From NCBI GenBank assembly GCA_035279785.1, contig DATEHC010000017.1, positions 20,695 through 84,694 on the forward strand: a stretch of DNA of 64,000 nucleotides, in the 5' to 3' direction. The notes under the pieces were generated by a model that was not told the DNA's origin, did not search any database, and was given only the letters and a program-made list of their open reading frames with translations. Each line of letters starts with the position of its first letter. Position 1 is the first letter of the stretch. Both the position numbers and the translations under genes were made by a program. This document shows, in pieces, positions 8,529 through 21,871 of the stretch. The stretch is from Candidatus Dormiibacterota bacterium (GTDB taxonomy: Bacteria > Chloroflexota > Dormibacteria > Dormibacterales > Dormibacteraceae).

Positions 8529-10620
8529 TCGAGCCGCTCTGAAAAGAGGCGGCGGTCGTCGCGAGCGGCACGGTGAACCGAAACTCCGAACCCTCGCCGA
8601 CGGTGCTCTCGACAGCGATGCGGCCGCCGTGCATCTCGACGATCTGGCGCGTGATCGCAAGGCCGAGGCCGGTGCCGATGATCTTGCCCGCATGCTTGTC
8701 CTCGTACCGCTCGTAGCGCCCGAACAGGCGGCTGATGAACTCGGGCGGGATTCCGTTCCCGTGGTCGACCACCGAGACCTCGGCGCACCCGCCGTTGACG
8801 TGCGTGCTCACCTGGATGTCCCCGCCGCGCGGTGAGTACTTGATCGCGTTGTTCAAGAGGTTCGTGAGCACCTGGGTGAGGCGGTCCTCATCTCCCAGCA
8901 CGGGCGGTATCGCGGGCTCGATGTCGACCTGGATGGTGTGGACCTTGGTGGAGACGGCGGCGTGCTCGGCGGCCTCCTTGACCAGCCGGTTGATGTCGAG
9001 CTCCTGGAGGTCGAGCTTTAGCTTGCCGGCCTCGAGGCGGTCGAAGTCCAGCATCTCCGTGATCATCCGGTTCAGGCGCTGCGAGTCGTTGTAGATCTCG
9101 CCGGCCAGGGTTTTCATCTCGCTCGGCTCCATCTCCTGGTCGCGGATGAGCTCGCTGAAACCCTGGATGCCCACAAGCGCGGTGCGGAACTCGTGGCTGA
9201 CCATCGAGACGAACTCGCTCTTCAGCCGGTTCAGCTTCTCCATCTGCGCGAGGTTGGCGGCCGACAGCTCCTCGGCCTCACGTTTCGCCGTCACGTCCTC
9301 GAACGTCGCCATGAAGTAATCGATGGTTCCATCCGGCCTGCGGATCGGCGTGGCGCTCCAGTGCACCCAGAACTGGCTGCCGTCTGCGCGCCTGGCCTGG
9401 CAGTCGGATTCATACGTCTCGGCGGCGCCGTCGCCGACGGTGGGGAAGGACCTGAACACGCGCGAGACGTAATCCTCGGGAAGGAAGGTATCGGTCACGG
9501 AACCGACCAGCACCTGGAGCGGCGCGAGAAGCATCGAGGCCAGTCGCGGGTTGGCGCTGGTGATGCGACGCTCGACGGAGATCGCGGCCACGCCCTGCGG
9601 CGCGTGGTCGATGACGTCGTTGAGCATGGTGTCACGCTCCTCCAGGCTCGCCTGGACGCGCTTGCGCTGGCGCAGCAGCGCCCGAGCCTCCGAACGCGAC
9701 AGGAGGTGGCTCGCGAGCAGGATCGCGGCGAGACCACCCGCCGCGGCGGCGGCGTACGCGGTCATCGGCTGGTGGTTGACCGAGATCACGATCGCGGTGA
9801 GGGCCACGGCGCCCACGCCGACGTACGGGATCAGGTCGGGCCACAGCGGCGGCATCTCGTCGTCGATGGACGTGTTTCCTTCCGGCCATGTCGGGCTCAG
9901 GGCTACGAGGGCGAAGCCGTACGTCGATCCCATGGCCAGCACGGTGCCGAGCGTCGCGGACCCGCCCGTGCCGGCGATGAAGACCGCGCCGCAGTCGGCA
10001 AGAGCGGTGATCGAGAGACCCAGGAGGACCAGGACGATCCGTCCGTCGATTGCCGCCGCGCTTCGGCGCAAGGTCAGCGAGACGGCGGTGAGAAGCGCGA
10101 AGTCGAGGGCCAGCGACGCCGGGCCGATCCACTCCGCCTCCGGGGAGGCAAGCCTGGCGAAGAGCTCGGGCAGCGAAAGAGCGCTGGCGATGAAGACCAG
10201 CGAGAGCGCGATCATCGCCACGTCGAGGGTTGTGCGCCGCGCGGTCGCATACGGATGCGAGCGAGACGGAAACAAGAGCAGGCCGGCGATCGCGGCGGGC
10301 ACCGCGGCCGCCACGCCGAAATCGGCCTCCGAGAGGATTTTCGGGCCGTGGCCGGCGGCCAGGGTGAACGCGGCCTCGCCGGCTTCCACCAGCACCGCGA
10401 TCAGTCCCGACAGCGCCAGCAGAGCCCAGGCTCCGCGGACCTGGCCTGTCGACCTGGACGCGAGCCGACCGCACGTGGCCAGCGCGGCCACGCCGGCGAG
10501 CGCCTGGCCTACGTCTCCGGCGACGTCCGCGGCCTGGCTTTGGCCGCCCGTCGCCACATACGTGGACAGCAGCGCAATGGCGAACCCGGCGAGAATCGCG
10601 ATGACCCAGAAGCGACGCAT
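8512..10620 (-). CDS. Membrane sensor histidine kinase (multi-TM N-terminus, PAS, HisKA, HATPase_c)
   Basis: 702 aa. Hydrophobic N-terminal ~300 aa, a PAS-like segment, H-box 'VSHEFRTAL', N-box 'LLNNAIKYS' and G-box 'GTGLGLAI'. Last gene of the minus-strand signalling operon. Confidence 0.9.
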   Translation of the reverse strand: MRRFWVIAILAGFAIALLSTYVATGGQSQAADVAGDVGQALAGVAALATCGRLASRSTGQVRGAWALLALSGLIAVLVEAGEAAFTLAAGHGPKILSEADFGVAAAVPAAIAGLLLFPSRSHPYATARRTTLDVAMIALSLVFIASALSLPELFARLASPEAEWIGPASLALDFALLTAVSLTLRRSAAAIDGRIVLVLLGLSITALADCGAVFIAGTGGSATLGTVLAMGSTYGFALVALSPTWPEGNTSIDDEMPPLWPDLIPYVGVGAVALTAIVISVNHQPMTAYAAAAAGGLAAILLASHLLSRSEARALLRQRKRVQASLEERDTMLNDVIDHAPQGVAAISVERRITSANPRLASMLLAPLQVLVGSVTDTFLPEDYVSRVFRSFPTVGDGAAETYESDCQARRADGSQFWVHWSATPIRRPDGTIDYFMATFEDVTAKREAEELSAANLAQMEKLNRLKSEFVSMVSHEFRTALVGIQGFSELIRDQEMEPSEMKTLAGEIYNDSQRLNRMITEMLDFDRLEAGKLKLDLQELDINRLVKEAAEHAAVSTKVHTIQVDIEPAIPPVLGDEDRLTQVLTNLLNNAIKYSPRGGDIQVSTHVNGGCAEVSVVDHGNGIPPEFISRLFGRYERYEDKHAGKIIGTGLGLAITRQIVEMHGGRIAVESTVGEGSEFRFTVPLATTAASFQSGSITRSA

Positions 10621-10629
10621 CGCGCGCTC

Positions 10630-10995
10630 CTAGGCGACCATCAGCCGGCTCACCTCTTCGTTGAGAAGGCCGAGGTCGACCGGCTTGGTCAGAAAGCTGT
10701 CGATCCCGCCACCGGCCATGGCGTCGCGGACCTCGTCCGAGAGGTCGCCTGTGAGTGCGATGACCTTGATCGGGTGAAGCATGTGACGCTTGCGGAGGAA
10801 CTGTAAGATCTCGACCCCGTCATACATCGGCATATGGACATCAAGAATTACTAAGTCGAATTCCAACGTCGTCCCCATCTCCAACGCCAGGTTTCCGTCG
10901 GAGGCGGTGGAGACCTCGTAGCCCTTCGACTCCAGGAAGTAGGTCAGGAGCTCGGCGCTGGCGGGATCGTCGTCGGCAACCAGGATCCGTTTCAC
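10630..10995 (-). CDS. Stand-alone response-regulator receiver (CheY-like)
   Basis: GTG at 10995 overlaps the upstream stop (GTGA). 'ILVADDDP', 'DLVILDVHMPMYDG', 'FLTKP'. The longer ORF starting at 11097 overlaps the preceding receiver gene. Confidence 0.85.
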   Translation of the reverse strand: MKRILVADDDPASAELLTYFLESKGYEVSTASDGNLALEMGTTLEFDLVILDVHMPMYDGVEILQFLRKRHMLHPIKVIALTGDLSDEVRDAMAGGGIDSFLTKPVDLGLLNEEVSRLMVA

Positions 10996-11386
10996 TGCGC
11001 CACCAGCCGCTCGCCCGCGGAGGTGCCCGTCAGGTGCTCGCGTACCTGGGCGGTGAATGTCCGCGTGTCGATCGGCTTGGCGATGTACCCCTGACATCCC
11101 GCCTGGAAGGCAAGCTCGCGGTCGCCGCTCATGGCGTGGGCGGTGAGGGCGACGACAGGGATCGCGGCAGTGGCCGGGTCGGCCTTAAGGTCGCGCGTGA
11201 GCGAGAGTCCGTCCTGTCCGGGCAGCTGCACGTCCATCAGGATGAGGTCGGGCGTCAGCTCGCGCGCCGCTTTCCACGCCTCGTCGGCCGAGCCGGCCAC
11301 CTCGACGCGATAACCGTCGAGCTCGAGCACGGCCCGGACCAGGATCTGGTTGGTCTCGTTGTCTTCGACGACGAGGATGAGGTCGC

Positions 11387-11390
<4 letters not shown>
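10992..11390 (-). CDS. Stand-alone response-regulator receiver (CheY-like)
   Basis: TTG start at 11390 overlaps the hybrid kinase stop (TTGA). 'ILVVEDNE', 'DLILMDVQLPGQDG', 'YIAKP'. Confidence 0.9.
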
Positions 11391-13989
<2,599 letters not shown>

Positions 13990-13990
<1 letters not shown>

Positions 13991-15930
13991 CAGGCAGCCC
14001 CCAGGCTCGCGGTCCCGGCGAACTGGTTGATGAAGGCGCTCACGACCTCCGGGTCCCATTGCCGGAGGGCGCCGGCGCGGAGGATGGCAAGCGCCTCATC
14101 CGCGCTCTTGCGCGAGCGGTAGGGACGGTCGTTGATGAGCGCGTCGAACGCATCGCACACGGAGACGATCCGCGCGTGAAGCGGGATTGCCTTGCCGGCG
14201 AGCCGGTCGGGATATCCAGTGCCGTCGAACCGCTCGTGGTGGTGCCGGATGATGGGCAGCAGGGAGGCGCCGGAGCGCAGCGGCGCCACGATGTTCGCGC
14301 CGATGATCGGGTGGAGGCGCATCGCGCCCATCTCGGCGGCGTCGAGCGGACCTGGTTTGAGCAGGATCGCGTCGGGCACGCCGATCTTGCCGATGTCATG
14401 GATGAGGCCGCCGCGGTACAGCGTGTCTTCTTCGGCAGCGCTCAGGCCGAGGCTCGCGCCCAGGCGCCGCGCCGACTCGGCGACGCGCTGCGTGTGTGCC
14501 TCGGTGAAGGGATCCTTGGCTTCGACGGCGGCCGCGAGCGCGAAGATCACTTGCTCGGCGCTGTCGAGCGAGTCGTAGACGCTCTTCAGCCGAAGAGCCG
14601 AGCGGACGCGCGCCACCAGCTCGACCCGGTCGACGGGCTTGGTCATGTAGTCGTCCGCCCCCGCGTCGAGCGCGTTGATCCGGTCGGAGGTGCGGTCGAG
14701 GGCGGTGATCATCACGACGGGGATGAGGTGGGAGGTCGAGCTGGCCTTGATCCTCCGGCAGACCTCGTATCCGTCGATTCCCGGCATCTGCACGTCGAGC
14801 AGAACGAGGTCGGGCGGCGAGGCGTGGATCGCCTTGAGGGCGGCGATCCCGTCCTCGGCGCCGCGGACATGGCATTCGACGCCGGCCAGGCACGCCTCGA
14901 TGAGATCGCGGTTCGCGGCCGAGTCGTCGACCACCAGCACGACCGGAATCCGTGCGGTTGCAGGGAGGCCGCGTGTGGGCGTTGCCGCCTGGATGTCGTC
15001 GCCGCGACGTCCGGGCCATGCGGCCGGCCGGAGCGCAGTGGCGAAAGCGACCGCTGACGGGAAGCGGTCCTCCGGGCGCTTGGCGAGCGCCTTGCGCAGG
15101 ACCTCCTCGACGTGGGCCGACAGCTCGCCCTTCAGCTCGATGGTGGCGGGCATCGGCTTCGTGACGTGCGAGAGGAGCGTGGCTGCGGGCGTGTCGCACT
15201 CGAAGGGCACGCGCCCGGTCAGCATCTCGTAGGCGACGATCGCGAGCGAATACAGGTCGGACGGGGGGCCCATCGGCTCGTCCGCCGCCTGCTCGGGGGA
15301 CATGTACTCGGGCGTCCCCATGACCGTGCCCGAGCTAGTCATTCGCCGGTGCTGGCCCGTCATGAGGGAGAGGCCGAAGTCGGCGAGCACCGGCGTGCCG
15401 TCGTCACGCAGGAGGATGTTCGACGGCTTGACGTCGCGGTGGAGAATGCCGTGCGCGTGCGCGTGGTCGAGGGCGCTCGCCAGCTGCTCGACGACCGGGA
15501 CGACCTCCTGCAGCTCCAACGGCCGGCCGACGCGGTCGGCCAGCGTTCCGCCTCCGACCAGCTCGAGCACCAGGTAGGCGATCCCGTCGTCGTAGCCGTA
15601 ATCGAAGACCTCGAGGATGTTCGGGTGCTTGAGCCTCGCCACCGAGCGAGCCTCCTGTTGGAAGCGCTGGCGGTAATCGGGGTCGTCGGCGAAGAAGTCG
15701 GGCAGGACCTTGACGGCGACGTACCGGTCGAGGGCGGGGTGGTAGGCGCGGTAAACGGAGGCCATGCCCCCGCGGCCGATCTTCTCCATGACGCGGTACG
15801 GACCGAGGGTCGTGCCCTCGCGGAGGTTCACCGGAGCCAGCCGAGGAGGGCCGCGATCGAGACGACGGCGGGCAGCGCCAGCGCAGACGTGGAAGCCGCC
15901 AGGACCATGGCGGCCGCGACCGCCCGCCAA
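13990..15930 (-). CDS. Ser/Thr protein kinase - receiver - HD-GYP phosphodiesterase fusion protein
   Basis: Hanks kinase motifs 'GRGGMASVY', 'VAVKVL', 'HRDVKPSN', 'DFG', 'GTPEYMSPE'. Receiver 'VLVVDDS...LLDVQMPGIDG...YMTKP'. HD-GYP 'HDIGK' and 'HHERFDGTGYP'. Alternative GTG start at 15831. Confidence 0.9.
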
Positions 15931-16100
15931 GGCGTTTCTTCAGCTTCCCGCTGCTGCTCCGCCGCTACCCAACCGGCAAGATCGTCCACGTGACCGTAAC
16001 CACTCTCCCTGTGAGTTGCAGCGTAAGAAGCATTTACTTAGCGGCACCCCTCTCAGGCGGGCCAATTCACTATCCGATCGGGTAGTTCTGTTAACCCAAC

Positions 16101-16118
16101 CTGATCAAACTGATCAAA
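16101..16118. repeat. Tandem 9-mer CTGATCAAA x2 (two TGATCA palindromes)
   Basis: Direct read. The second copy contains the LuxR-type gene's stop codon. Lies in the intergenic region upstream of the kinase operon. Confidence 0.8.
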
Positions 16119-17781
16119 GCCATCCCTGCTTGGCCGCCTCGTGGGCAAGCTCGGTTCGGTTCGAGGAGCCGGTCTTCTGCAGGATCTGGCGGACGTGAAA
16201 CTTGACCGTGTTCTGGCTGAGGTGGACCCGCGCGGCGATCTCGCGGTTGGTCAGGCCTTCCACCGCCAGGCGCATGATGTCCGATTCGATCCGGCTCATG
16301 TCCAGCGGCGGGCGCTGCGGGCGGGGCGCGACCTGGCCGGTCCGAACGTGGCGCAGGCGCTCCTGCATGGTCGCGCTGTCGATGGCCACCGCGGCGACGC
16401 TGCCGAGGGCTTCGAGGAAAGACAGCCACTCCTGGTCGGGGTTGAGCGCAGAGCGGTGGAACACCTCCAGCGCTCCGAGCAGCTTTCCGCGGCTGATCAG
16501 GGGGACGGCGCCATAGGCCTTGAAGCCCTCTCGGGCGAACAGCGACCGACGGCGAAACTGGGAGAACGCGCTCAGTGCGGTCACCGTTTCGATGCGCCGG
16601 CTGGCCACCACGTTCCCGGGTATCGACTTCTGGTCGTCGACCGGGAGGCGGTAGTCGGGCACCGAGGTGGCCAGGAAGCCGGTGCTGGCCGACAGCGCCA
16701 GCGTGTTGTCGGCCTCATCGAGAAGGAGCACGTCGGCCGCGTCGACTCGCAGCTGCGAGGTGACATGGTCGAGGATGACCTTGAGCGTGAGCCGCAGGTC
16801 GGGGCTGGCGCTGACGGCAAGGCTGACGCTCTGCAGCGCGGTCAGTCGCTCCAATCGCTTGACCGCATCCTCGTAGAGCTGGGCGTTCTCGACGGCCAGC
16901 CCGGTACGGTCCGCGATGGCCTGGATCCAGGTCACGTCTTTCTCCGTCAGCGGATTCGAGCTCCTCTTCTCGACCAATCCGAGGGCGCCGATCGTGGCGC
17001 CGCGCGCGCGCATCGGTGCGAAGACGATTCCAAGGCGGGTGCCGGCCGGCATCCACGGATGGCGCTCCATGTAGCTCCGTACGTCCTCGTTGAGCCGGTC
17101 CTTGAGTTCTTCCAGGGTGAGGTCGGGAAGGAACATCGCCTGCCCTGTCTCGATCACCTCCGAGGCCACCGGTGATACCTCCCTCCGGCCGGCGACGCGC
17201 ATCGCCTCGGCGTAGGTGTCGGCGTAGTCCGGCTGGTCCTCGTCGGCGGTGACGAAGAGGATGTCGGCGGGGTCTTTGCCCATCAGCGCCGCGATCCATA
17301 CGCCCGGACGCAGCCTGCTGAGCGCCTTCGTGACGGTGGTGAGGATGGCGCGGGGCTGCAGGCGGGCCCCGGCGAGCTGGTCCGTTACCTCGTCGACGAT
17401 GTGATCGCCCGTGGAGCGCGTGGTGACACGGCTTCGGGTGATGAGGTAGGTGACGTCGGTGAGGTTGGCGACCGCGCCGCCGGCCTCGGGGACCACGTCG
17501 ACCTGGAGCCAGACGTCGGCGCCGTCGCTCCGGCGGGCTCGTACGAGCGCCCCCCGGATCGGCTGCTCGCTGCGCAGGCAAGCGATCGCCGGATGAACGG
17601 TGATCGGCCCCTCGGCGGACTCGATCATCAGCCACCCGGCGTCCTCGGCGCGAGACCCGATGAGGTCCTCCGCCTCCAGCCCCAGCGTGTCGAGCGCGGC
17701 CCGGTTGGCTTCGAGCACCACGCCGTTGCTGTCATAGACGACCACGGCAGCCGGGACGTTGTTAAGTGAACCGGGGACCAA
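16114..17781 (-). CDS. PAS-GAF-GAF-LuxR (HTH) transcriptional regulator
   Basis: 555 aa. PAS-like N-terminus, two GAF-like regions, and a C-terminal LuxR HTH 'LTNREIAARVHLSQNTVKFHVRQILQKTG'. TTG start. Confidence 0.85.
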   Translation of the reverse strand: MVPGSLNNVPAAVVVYDSNGVVLEANRAALDTLGLEAEDLIGSRAEDAGWLMIESAEGPITVHPAIACLRSEQPIRGALVRARRSDGADVWLQVDVVPEAGGAVANLTDVTYLITRSRVTTRSTGDHIVDEVTDQLAGARLQPRAILTTVTKALSRLRPGVWIAALMGKDPADILFVTADEDQPDYADTYAEAMRVAGRREVSPVASEVIETGQAMFLPDLTLEELKDRLNEDVRSYMERHPWMPAGTRLGIVFAPMRARGATIGALGLVEKRSSNPLTEKDVTWIQAIADRTGLAVENAQLYEDAVKRLERLTALQSVSLAVSASPDLRLTLKVILDHVTSQLRVDAADVLLLDEADNTLALSASTGFLATSVPDYRLPVDDQKSIPGNVVASRRIETVTALSAFSQFRRRSLFAREGFKAYGAVPLISRGKLLGALEVFHRSALNPDQEWLSFLEALGSVAAVAIDSATMQERLRHVRTGQVAPRPQRPPLDMSRIESDIMRLAVEGLTNREIAARVHLSQNTVKFHVRQILQKTGSSNRTELAHEAAKQGWL

Positions 17782-17834
17782 ACCAGGCCGAATTATGGTG
17801 GCGGAAGTGAGCGGCCTCTTAAATTAAGCCCACT

Positions 17835-18143
17835 TTGGTCACCGTTCGGGCAGCGCGTTCAGGAGCGGGCGCCGGCCGTGGCCCCGGCTATGGATGGACG
17901 AGCCACGTGACAGTCGACCGGCATGGCCGCCGCACCGAGTACACAGTGACGATCTCGCCCGCTTCGATGGCGCGCTGGTCGGTAGGCTCCGAGCTGAAGG
18001 ACGTCGAGGACCTGGTCCGCCGGAGCTTCGAGTTTCTGCTCGAACGGGAGTCGCCGAGCTCGATACTGCCGCAGTTTGAGCTGTCGGTTATCGAGACCTA
18101 CTTTCCGGAGTACGACGAGCTGATCAGGAGTAGTCGAGGCTAG
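17835..18143 (+). CDS. Hypothetical small protein
   Basis: High third-position G+C from about 17907 onward. GTG at 17907 is an alternative start. No family recognised. Its 3' end overlaps the convergent DUF899 gene by 20 nt. Confidence 0.45.
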   Translation: MVTVRAARSGAGAGRGPGYGWTSHVTVDRHGRRTEYTVTISPASMARWSVGSELKDVEDLVRRSFEFLLERESPSSILPQFELSVIETYFPEYDELIRSSRG

Positions 18144-18819
18144 GTCCCCAGGTCTTCCCGCGACCCTCGGGCGTGCGGTCGAGCATCGACCAGAGGGGCC
18201 ACATGAAGTCGACGTGGCGCCGATCCTGGCCCGGGTCCTGATCCGCGAACCACAGCTCACTCGACCAGAAGTGACGGATCTTCTTGCCGCGCTTCGTGAA
18301 GACGTGCGCTAGCGGCCACTGCTGGCCCGTCTCGTCCTCGGCCAGGTAGTCGCGGTTGAATTCGTTGTTCGCGGAAGAGAGCAGCAGGGCGTGCGACCAG
18401 CCGCGCCGTCGCGCATGCTCGCGAAAGCGCGTGATCGGGGCTTTCGCCACCACGACGAAGTTCGCGCGCTGGACGAAGTGGCGCGCCGCGCCGTCGACCG
18501 CGTCGATGATCGAAGTGCAGCTCGGGCACGGGGTCATCGAGCCGATGCGCTCCGGGTACATGAAGTTGTAGAGGAAGAGGCTCTTCTTGCCGGCGGCGAA
18601 CAGCTCCGAGAACCGAATCGACCTGTATTCGTCCTCGCCCGGCGCCCAGGCGTCGAAGGCGTAGTCCACCTTCACGAGTCCTCCGAGCGGCAGGGCCCGT
18701 CGCCGCTTCGCCACCTGCTCTTCCTGACGCCGGAGCTTGAGCTCATCACGCAGCAGGGCGTTGCGTGCGCGCCGGTACTCCGGGGTCTCGCCGGGGAATC
18801 GATTTGCTGTTTTCGCCAT
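18124..18819 (-). CDS. DUF899 thioredoxin-like family protein
   Basis: 231 aa. N-terminal 'FPGETPEYRRARNALLRDELKLRRQ' and a 'CPSC' motif are typical of DUF899. Confidence 0.8.
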   Translation of the reverse strand: MAKTANRFPGETPEYRRARNALLRDELKLRRQEEQVAKRRRALPLGGLVKVDYAFDAWAPGEDEYRSIRFSELFAAGKKSLFLYNFMYPERIGSMTPCPSCTSIIDAVDGAARHFVQRANFVVVAKAPITRFREHARRRGWSHALLLSSANNEFNRDYLAEDETGQQWPLAHVFTKRGKKIRHFWSSELWFADQDPGQDRRHVDFMWPLWSMLDRTPEGRGKTWGPSLDYS

Positions 18820-18882
18820 TGAGACATTGTCAAACGTCCGTCACATACGGTGCATAGGGTGCTGGCTACGATGGAGGTTCAG

Positions 18883-19569
18883 ATGGCCGCGCCGATCCTG
18901 GTCGTCGACGACGATCCCAAGATCGTCTCGCTGGTGAAGACATACCTCGAGCGGGAAGGATTTCGCGTGGTCGCGGCGGCCGACGGACGCTCGGCGCTTC
19001 GGGCCTTCAACGATTTCGATCCAGGCCTGATCGTGCTCGACCTGATGCTCCCCGAGCTCGACGGGCTCGCGCTGATGCGCACCATCCGCGAGCGGTCGAA
19101 CGTGCCGATCGTGATGCTTTCGGCGCGGGCGCAGGTCGCGGACCGCGTCTTCGGGATCCATGAGGGGGCCGACGACTACCTAGCCAAGCCCTTCTCCCCG
19201 GCGGAGCTTGTCGTGCGCGTCAAGGCCGTCTTGCGACGTGCGCGCAATCCGCGGCCGCAGGCGCGCGGTGTCATCGAGCATGGCGATCTCGTCATCGACC
19301 TGGATCGCGTGGAGGTCCGGCGCGAAGGTCGTCCGATGCCGCTGACGCCGGCGGAGTTTCGTCTGCTGACCGCCCTGGTGCAGGCGGGCGGTCGCGTCCT
19401 CAGCCGGCAGGCGCTGCTCGACTCGCTCTACGGCGAGGCGCAGGGTGAGGCACTGGAGCGCACGATCGACGTCCACATCGGGCGACTTCGCGACAAGCTC
19501 GGCGAGGACGCGATCGCGCCACGCTACATCGTCACGGTGCGCGGGTCGGGCTACCGGGCCGTGGCCTGA
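18883..19569 (+). CDS. OmpR-family response regulator
   Basis: ATG at 18883 lies 5 nt after GGAGG (the ORF opens at 18850). Receiver 'ILVVDDDP...LDLMLPELDG'. Winged-helix 'LTPAEFRLL...VDVHIGRLRDKL'. Confidence 0.9.
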   Translation: MAAPILVVDDDPKIVSLVKTYLEREGFRVVAAADGRSALRAFNDFDPGLIVLDLMLPELDGLALMRTIRERSNVPIVMLSARAQVADRVFGIHEGADDYLAKPFSPAELVVRVKAVLRRARNPRPQARGVIEHGDLVIDLDRVEVRREGRPMPLTPAEFRLLTALVQAGGRVLSRQALLDSLYGEAQGEALERTIDVHIGRLRDKLGEDAIAPRYIVTVRGSGYRAVA

Positions 19570-19576
19570 GCAATCG

Positions 19577-20647
19577 ATGCGCGCGCTGCGCAGTCTCGCG
19601 ACTGGCATCACCTTCGTCTCGGTCGTTGTGGCGTGGGTCGCGATCGCCGTCATCACCGTGGGGGTGATGGTGGTGGCGCAGTCGACATTCGACCGCCTCA
19701 TGGTCCAGGCCGGGTCATCCGCCGTCGTCGCGCACGCGATGTTCGACCACGGCGTGACCACGATCCTCGCCATCGCGGTCCTGGTCGCCCTGGCGATAAG
19801 CGTCGCCCTTGCGATCGCACTTGCTGCGTGGCTGGCGCGGCCGCTGCGCGAGATGGCGGGCGCCGCCGAGCGGATCGCGGACGGCGACTACTCGACACGC
19901 GTGCCCGGAGGCGGGCCGACCGAGCTCGCCTCGCTCGCGCACTCCTTCAATCGCATGGCGCAGAGCCTGGCCGAGCAGGACCAGGAGCGCACCGACTTCA
20001 TCGCGAACGCGGCGCACGAGCTGCGCACGCCCCTGACCAATCTCCAGGGTTACCTCGAGGCTCTGCGCGACGGGGTGATCGCGCCTACGCCCGAGCAGTT
20101 TCACTCGCTGCACGAAGAGGCCCAGCGGTTGGTGCGACTCTCGCGCTCGCTCGAAGCCCTCGCTGTCAATCGCAGGGCAGAGGAGGTCGGGCGCTGCGAG
20201 AACGTCGACGTCGCCCAGGCCATCCGATCCGCGTACGAGGTGGCGCGGCCCGCGTTCGAGGCCAAGGCGATCGACGTCGACGTGCTGCTGCCCGACCGGT
20301 TGATGGTGGTGGCCGAGCCGGATGGATTGGCGCAGGTCCTGGCCAACCTTCTGCAGAACGCCTCGCGCTACACGCCGCAGGGCGGCAGCGCGGCGATTCG
20401 TGCGGCGGGCCGGCGCTCGAACGTCGTCGTCAGCGTCTCCAACAGCGGCGACGGCATCCCCGCCGGCGACCTGCCTCACGTGTTCGAGCGCTTCTACCGG
20501 GTCGAGAAATCGCGAGATGCCGCGCGAGGGGGCGCCGGCATCGGGCTCGCGATCGTCAAGCAGCTCGTCGAAGCATCGGGTGGTCGGGTCGGCGTCCACT
20601 CTGACGGCCGGCTCACGCGTTTCTGGTTCAGCCTCCCCGCCGCCTAG
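19577..20647 (+). CDS. HAMP-domain sensor histidine kinase
   Basis: ATG at 19577 within ORF 19445..20647. Two TM segments, HAMP, H-box 'AAHELRTPLT', G-box 'GGAGIGLAIV'. Confidence 0.9.
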   Translation: MRALRSLATGITFVSVVVAWVAIAVITVGVMVVAQSTFDRLMVQAGSSAVVAHAMFDHGVTTILAIAVLVALAISVALAIALAAWLARPLREMAGAAERIADGDYSTRVPGGGPTELASLAHSFNRMAQSLAEQDQERTDFIANAAHELRTPLTNLQGYLEALRDGVIAPTPEQFHSLHEEAQRLVRLSRSLEALAVNRRAEEVGRCENVDVAQAIRSAYEVARPAFEAKAIDVDVLLPDRLMVVAEPDGLAQVLANLLQNASRYTPQGGSAAIRAAGRRSNVVVSVSNSGDGIPAGDLPHVFERFYRVEKSRDAARGGAGIGLAIVKQLVEASGGRVGVHSDGRLTRFWFSLPAA

Positions 20648-20752
20648 GCGCTTCGTCTTTCTTTATGTCGGACACGTGACGGCGCGTCACGCTCCGGCAA
20701 CACGACTCCGACACCCTGAATCGCGAACGGCATTTCGCGAATGGAGGCGTGT

Positions 20753-21865
20753 ATGAAAAGTCGGATTCGGTCTCTCGTCTTGTTGGCCGCGGTAGCGGTC
20801 GCGGCGCTTGGCGCGGCGACGCCCGCGGAGGCGGCGGATTCGTCCGGGGGCGCCGTGTTCGTCCAGACCAACGACCCCACCGGCAACTCGATCGACGCGT
20901 ATCACCGCAACGGCGACGGAACCATCGCCTTTCTGAAGAGCTACCCGACTGGCGGTCTCGGCGGGCGTGAGCTCGGCGCGGGATCCGACCCGATCGCGAC
21001 GCAGGGGTCGCTCCGGCTCGACGACCGACTGCTGCTCGCGGTCAACCCCGGCAGCAACACCGTCTCCGCTTTCGCGGTCGCCGGCGACAGGCTGGCGCTG
21101 AGGCAGGTCGTAAGCTCGGGCGGGCCGTTCCCCGCGAGCATCGCGGCGCACGGCAGGCTCGTTTACGTTCTCGACGCCGGCGGCGCGGGGTTCGTTTCCG
21201 GCTTCCGCCTCGCGGGTGGCCGGCTCCACCCGATCGAGGGTTCGACGCGCAGCCTCGGGCTCGCCAACGGCAACCCCCCCTTCTTTCTCAGCTCGCCGGC
21301 GCAGGTCGGCTTCACGCCGGACGGGCGGCACCTCATCGTCACGACCAAGACCAACAACACCGTGGACGTGTTCTCCGTAGATCGTGACGGCCGCCTTTCG
21401 GCGACACCGGTGAAGAACCCCGCGGCGCCAGTGCCTTTTGCCTGGGTATTCGACTCCGCGGGCCGGATGGTGCTCAACTTCGCCGGCACCAGCTCGCTCG
21501 AGACCTTCACGGTCAACGCCGACAACACCATCACGCCGGTTAGCGCGCCGGTCAGCGACACCCAGGCCGCTCTGTGCTGGGTCACCCGGGCAGCGGGTTA
21601 CCTGTACACGTCAAACACCGGGAGCGGCGACGTCAGCCAGTTCCAGGTCCAGGGTGAGGGGACCGTTGTGCTCGTGAACCCGATCGCGGCGCCTGGCATC
21701 TCCGGCGCCATCGACTCGGCGAGCGCGGGCGGCTTCCTCTACGTCCAGGCAGGAGTCGGGAGCACAGTGCACGTCTTCGCCATCGGCGCCGGCGGGGCGC
21801 TGACCCCGACCCAGGTCGCCGCCGTTCCCGACGGTGGGAGCCAGGAAGGGATCGTCGTCACCTAG
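20753..21865 (+). CDS. Secreted beta-propeller protein (lactonase/7-bladed propeller-like)
   Basis: ATG at 20753 lies 5 nt after GGAGG. Signal peptide 'MKSRIRSLVLLAAVAVAALGAATPAEA'. Repeated strand-rich blocks resemble PF10282-type proteins. Confidence 0.75.
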   Translation: MKSRIRSLVLLAAVAVAALGAATPAEAADSSGGAVFVQTNDPTGNSIDAYHRNGDGTIAFLKSYPTGGLGGRELGAGSDPIATQGSLRLDDRLLLAVNPGSNTVSAFAVAGDRLALRQVVSSGGPFPASIAAHGRLVYVLDAGGAGFVSGFRLAGGRLHPIEGSTRSLGLANGNPPFFLSSPAQVGFTPDGRHLIVTTKTNNTVDVFSVDRDGRLSATPVKNPAAPVPFAWVFDSAGRMVLNFAGTSSLETFTVNADNTITPVSAPVSDTQAALCWVTRAAGYLYTSNTGSGDVSQFQVQGEGTVVLVNPIAAPGISGAIDSASAGGFLYVQAGVGSTVHVFAIGAGGALTPTQVAAVPDGGSQEGIVVT

Positions 21866-21871
21866 CGTGCG

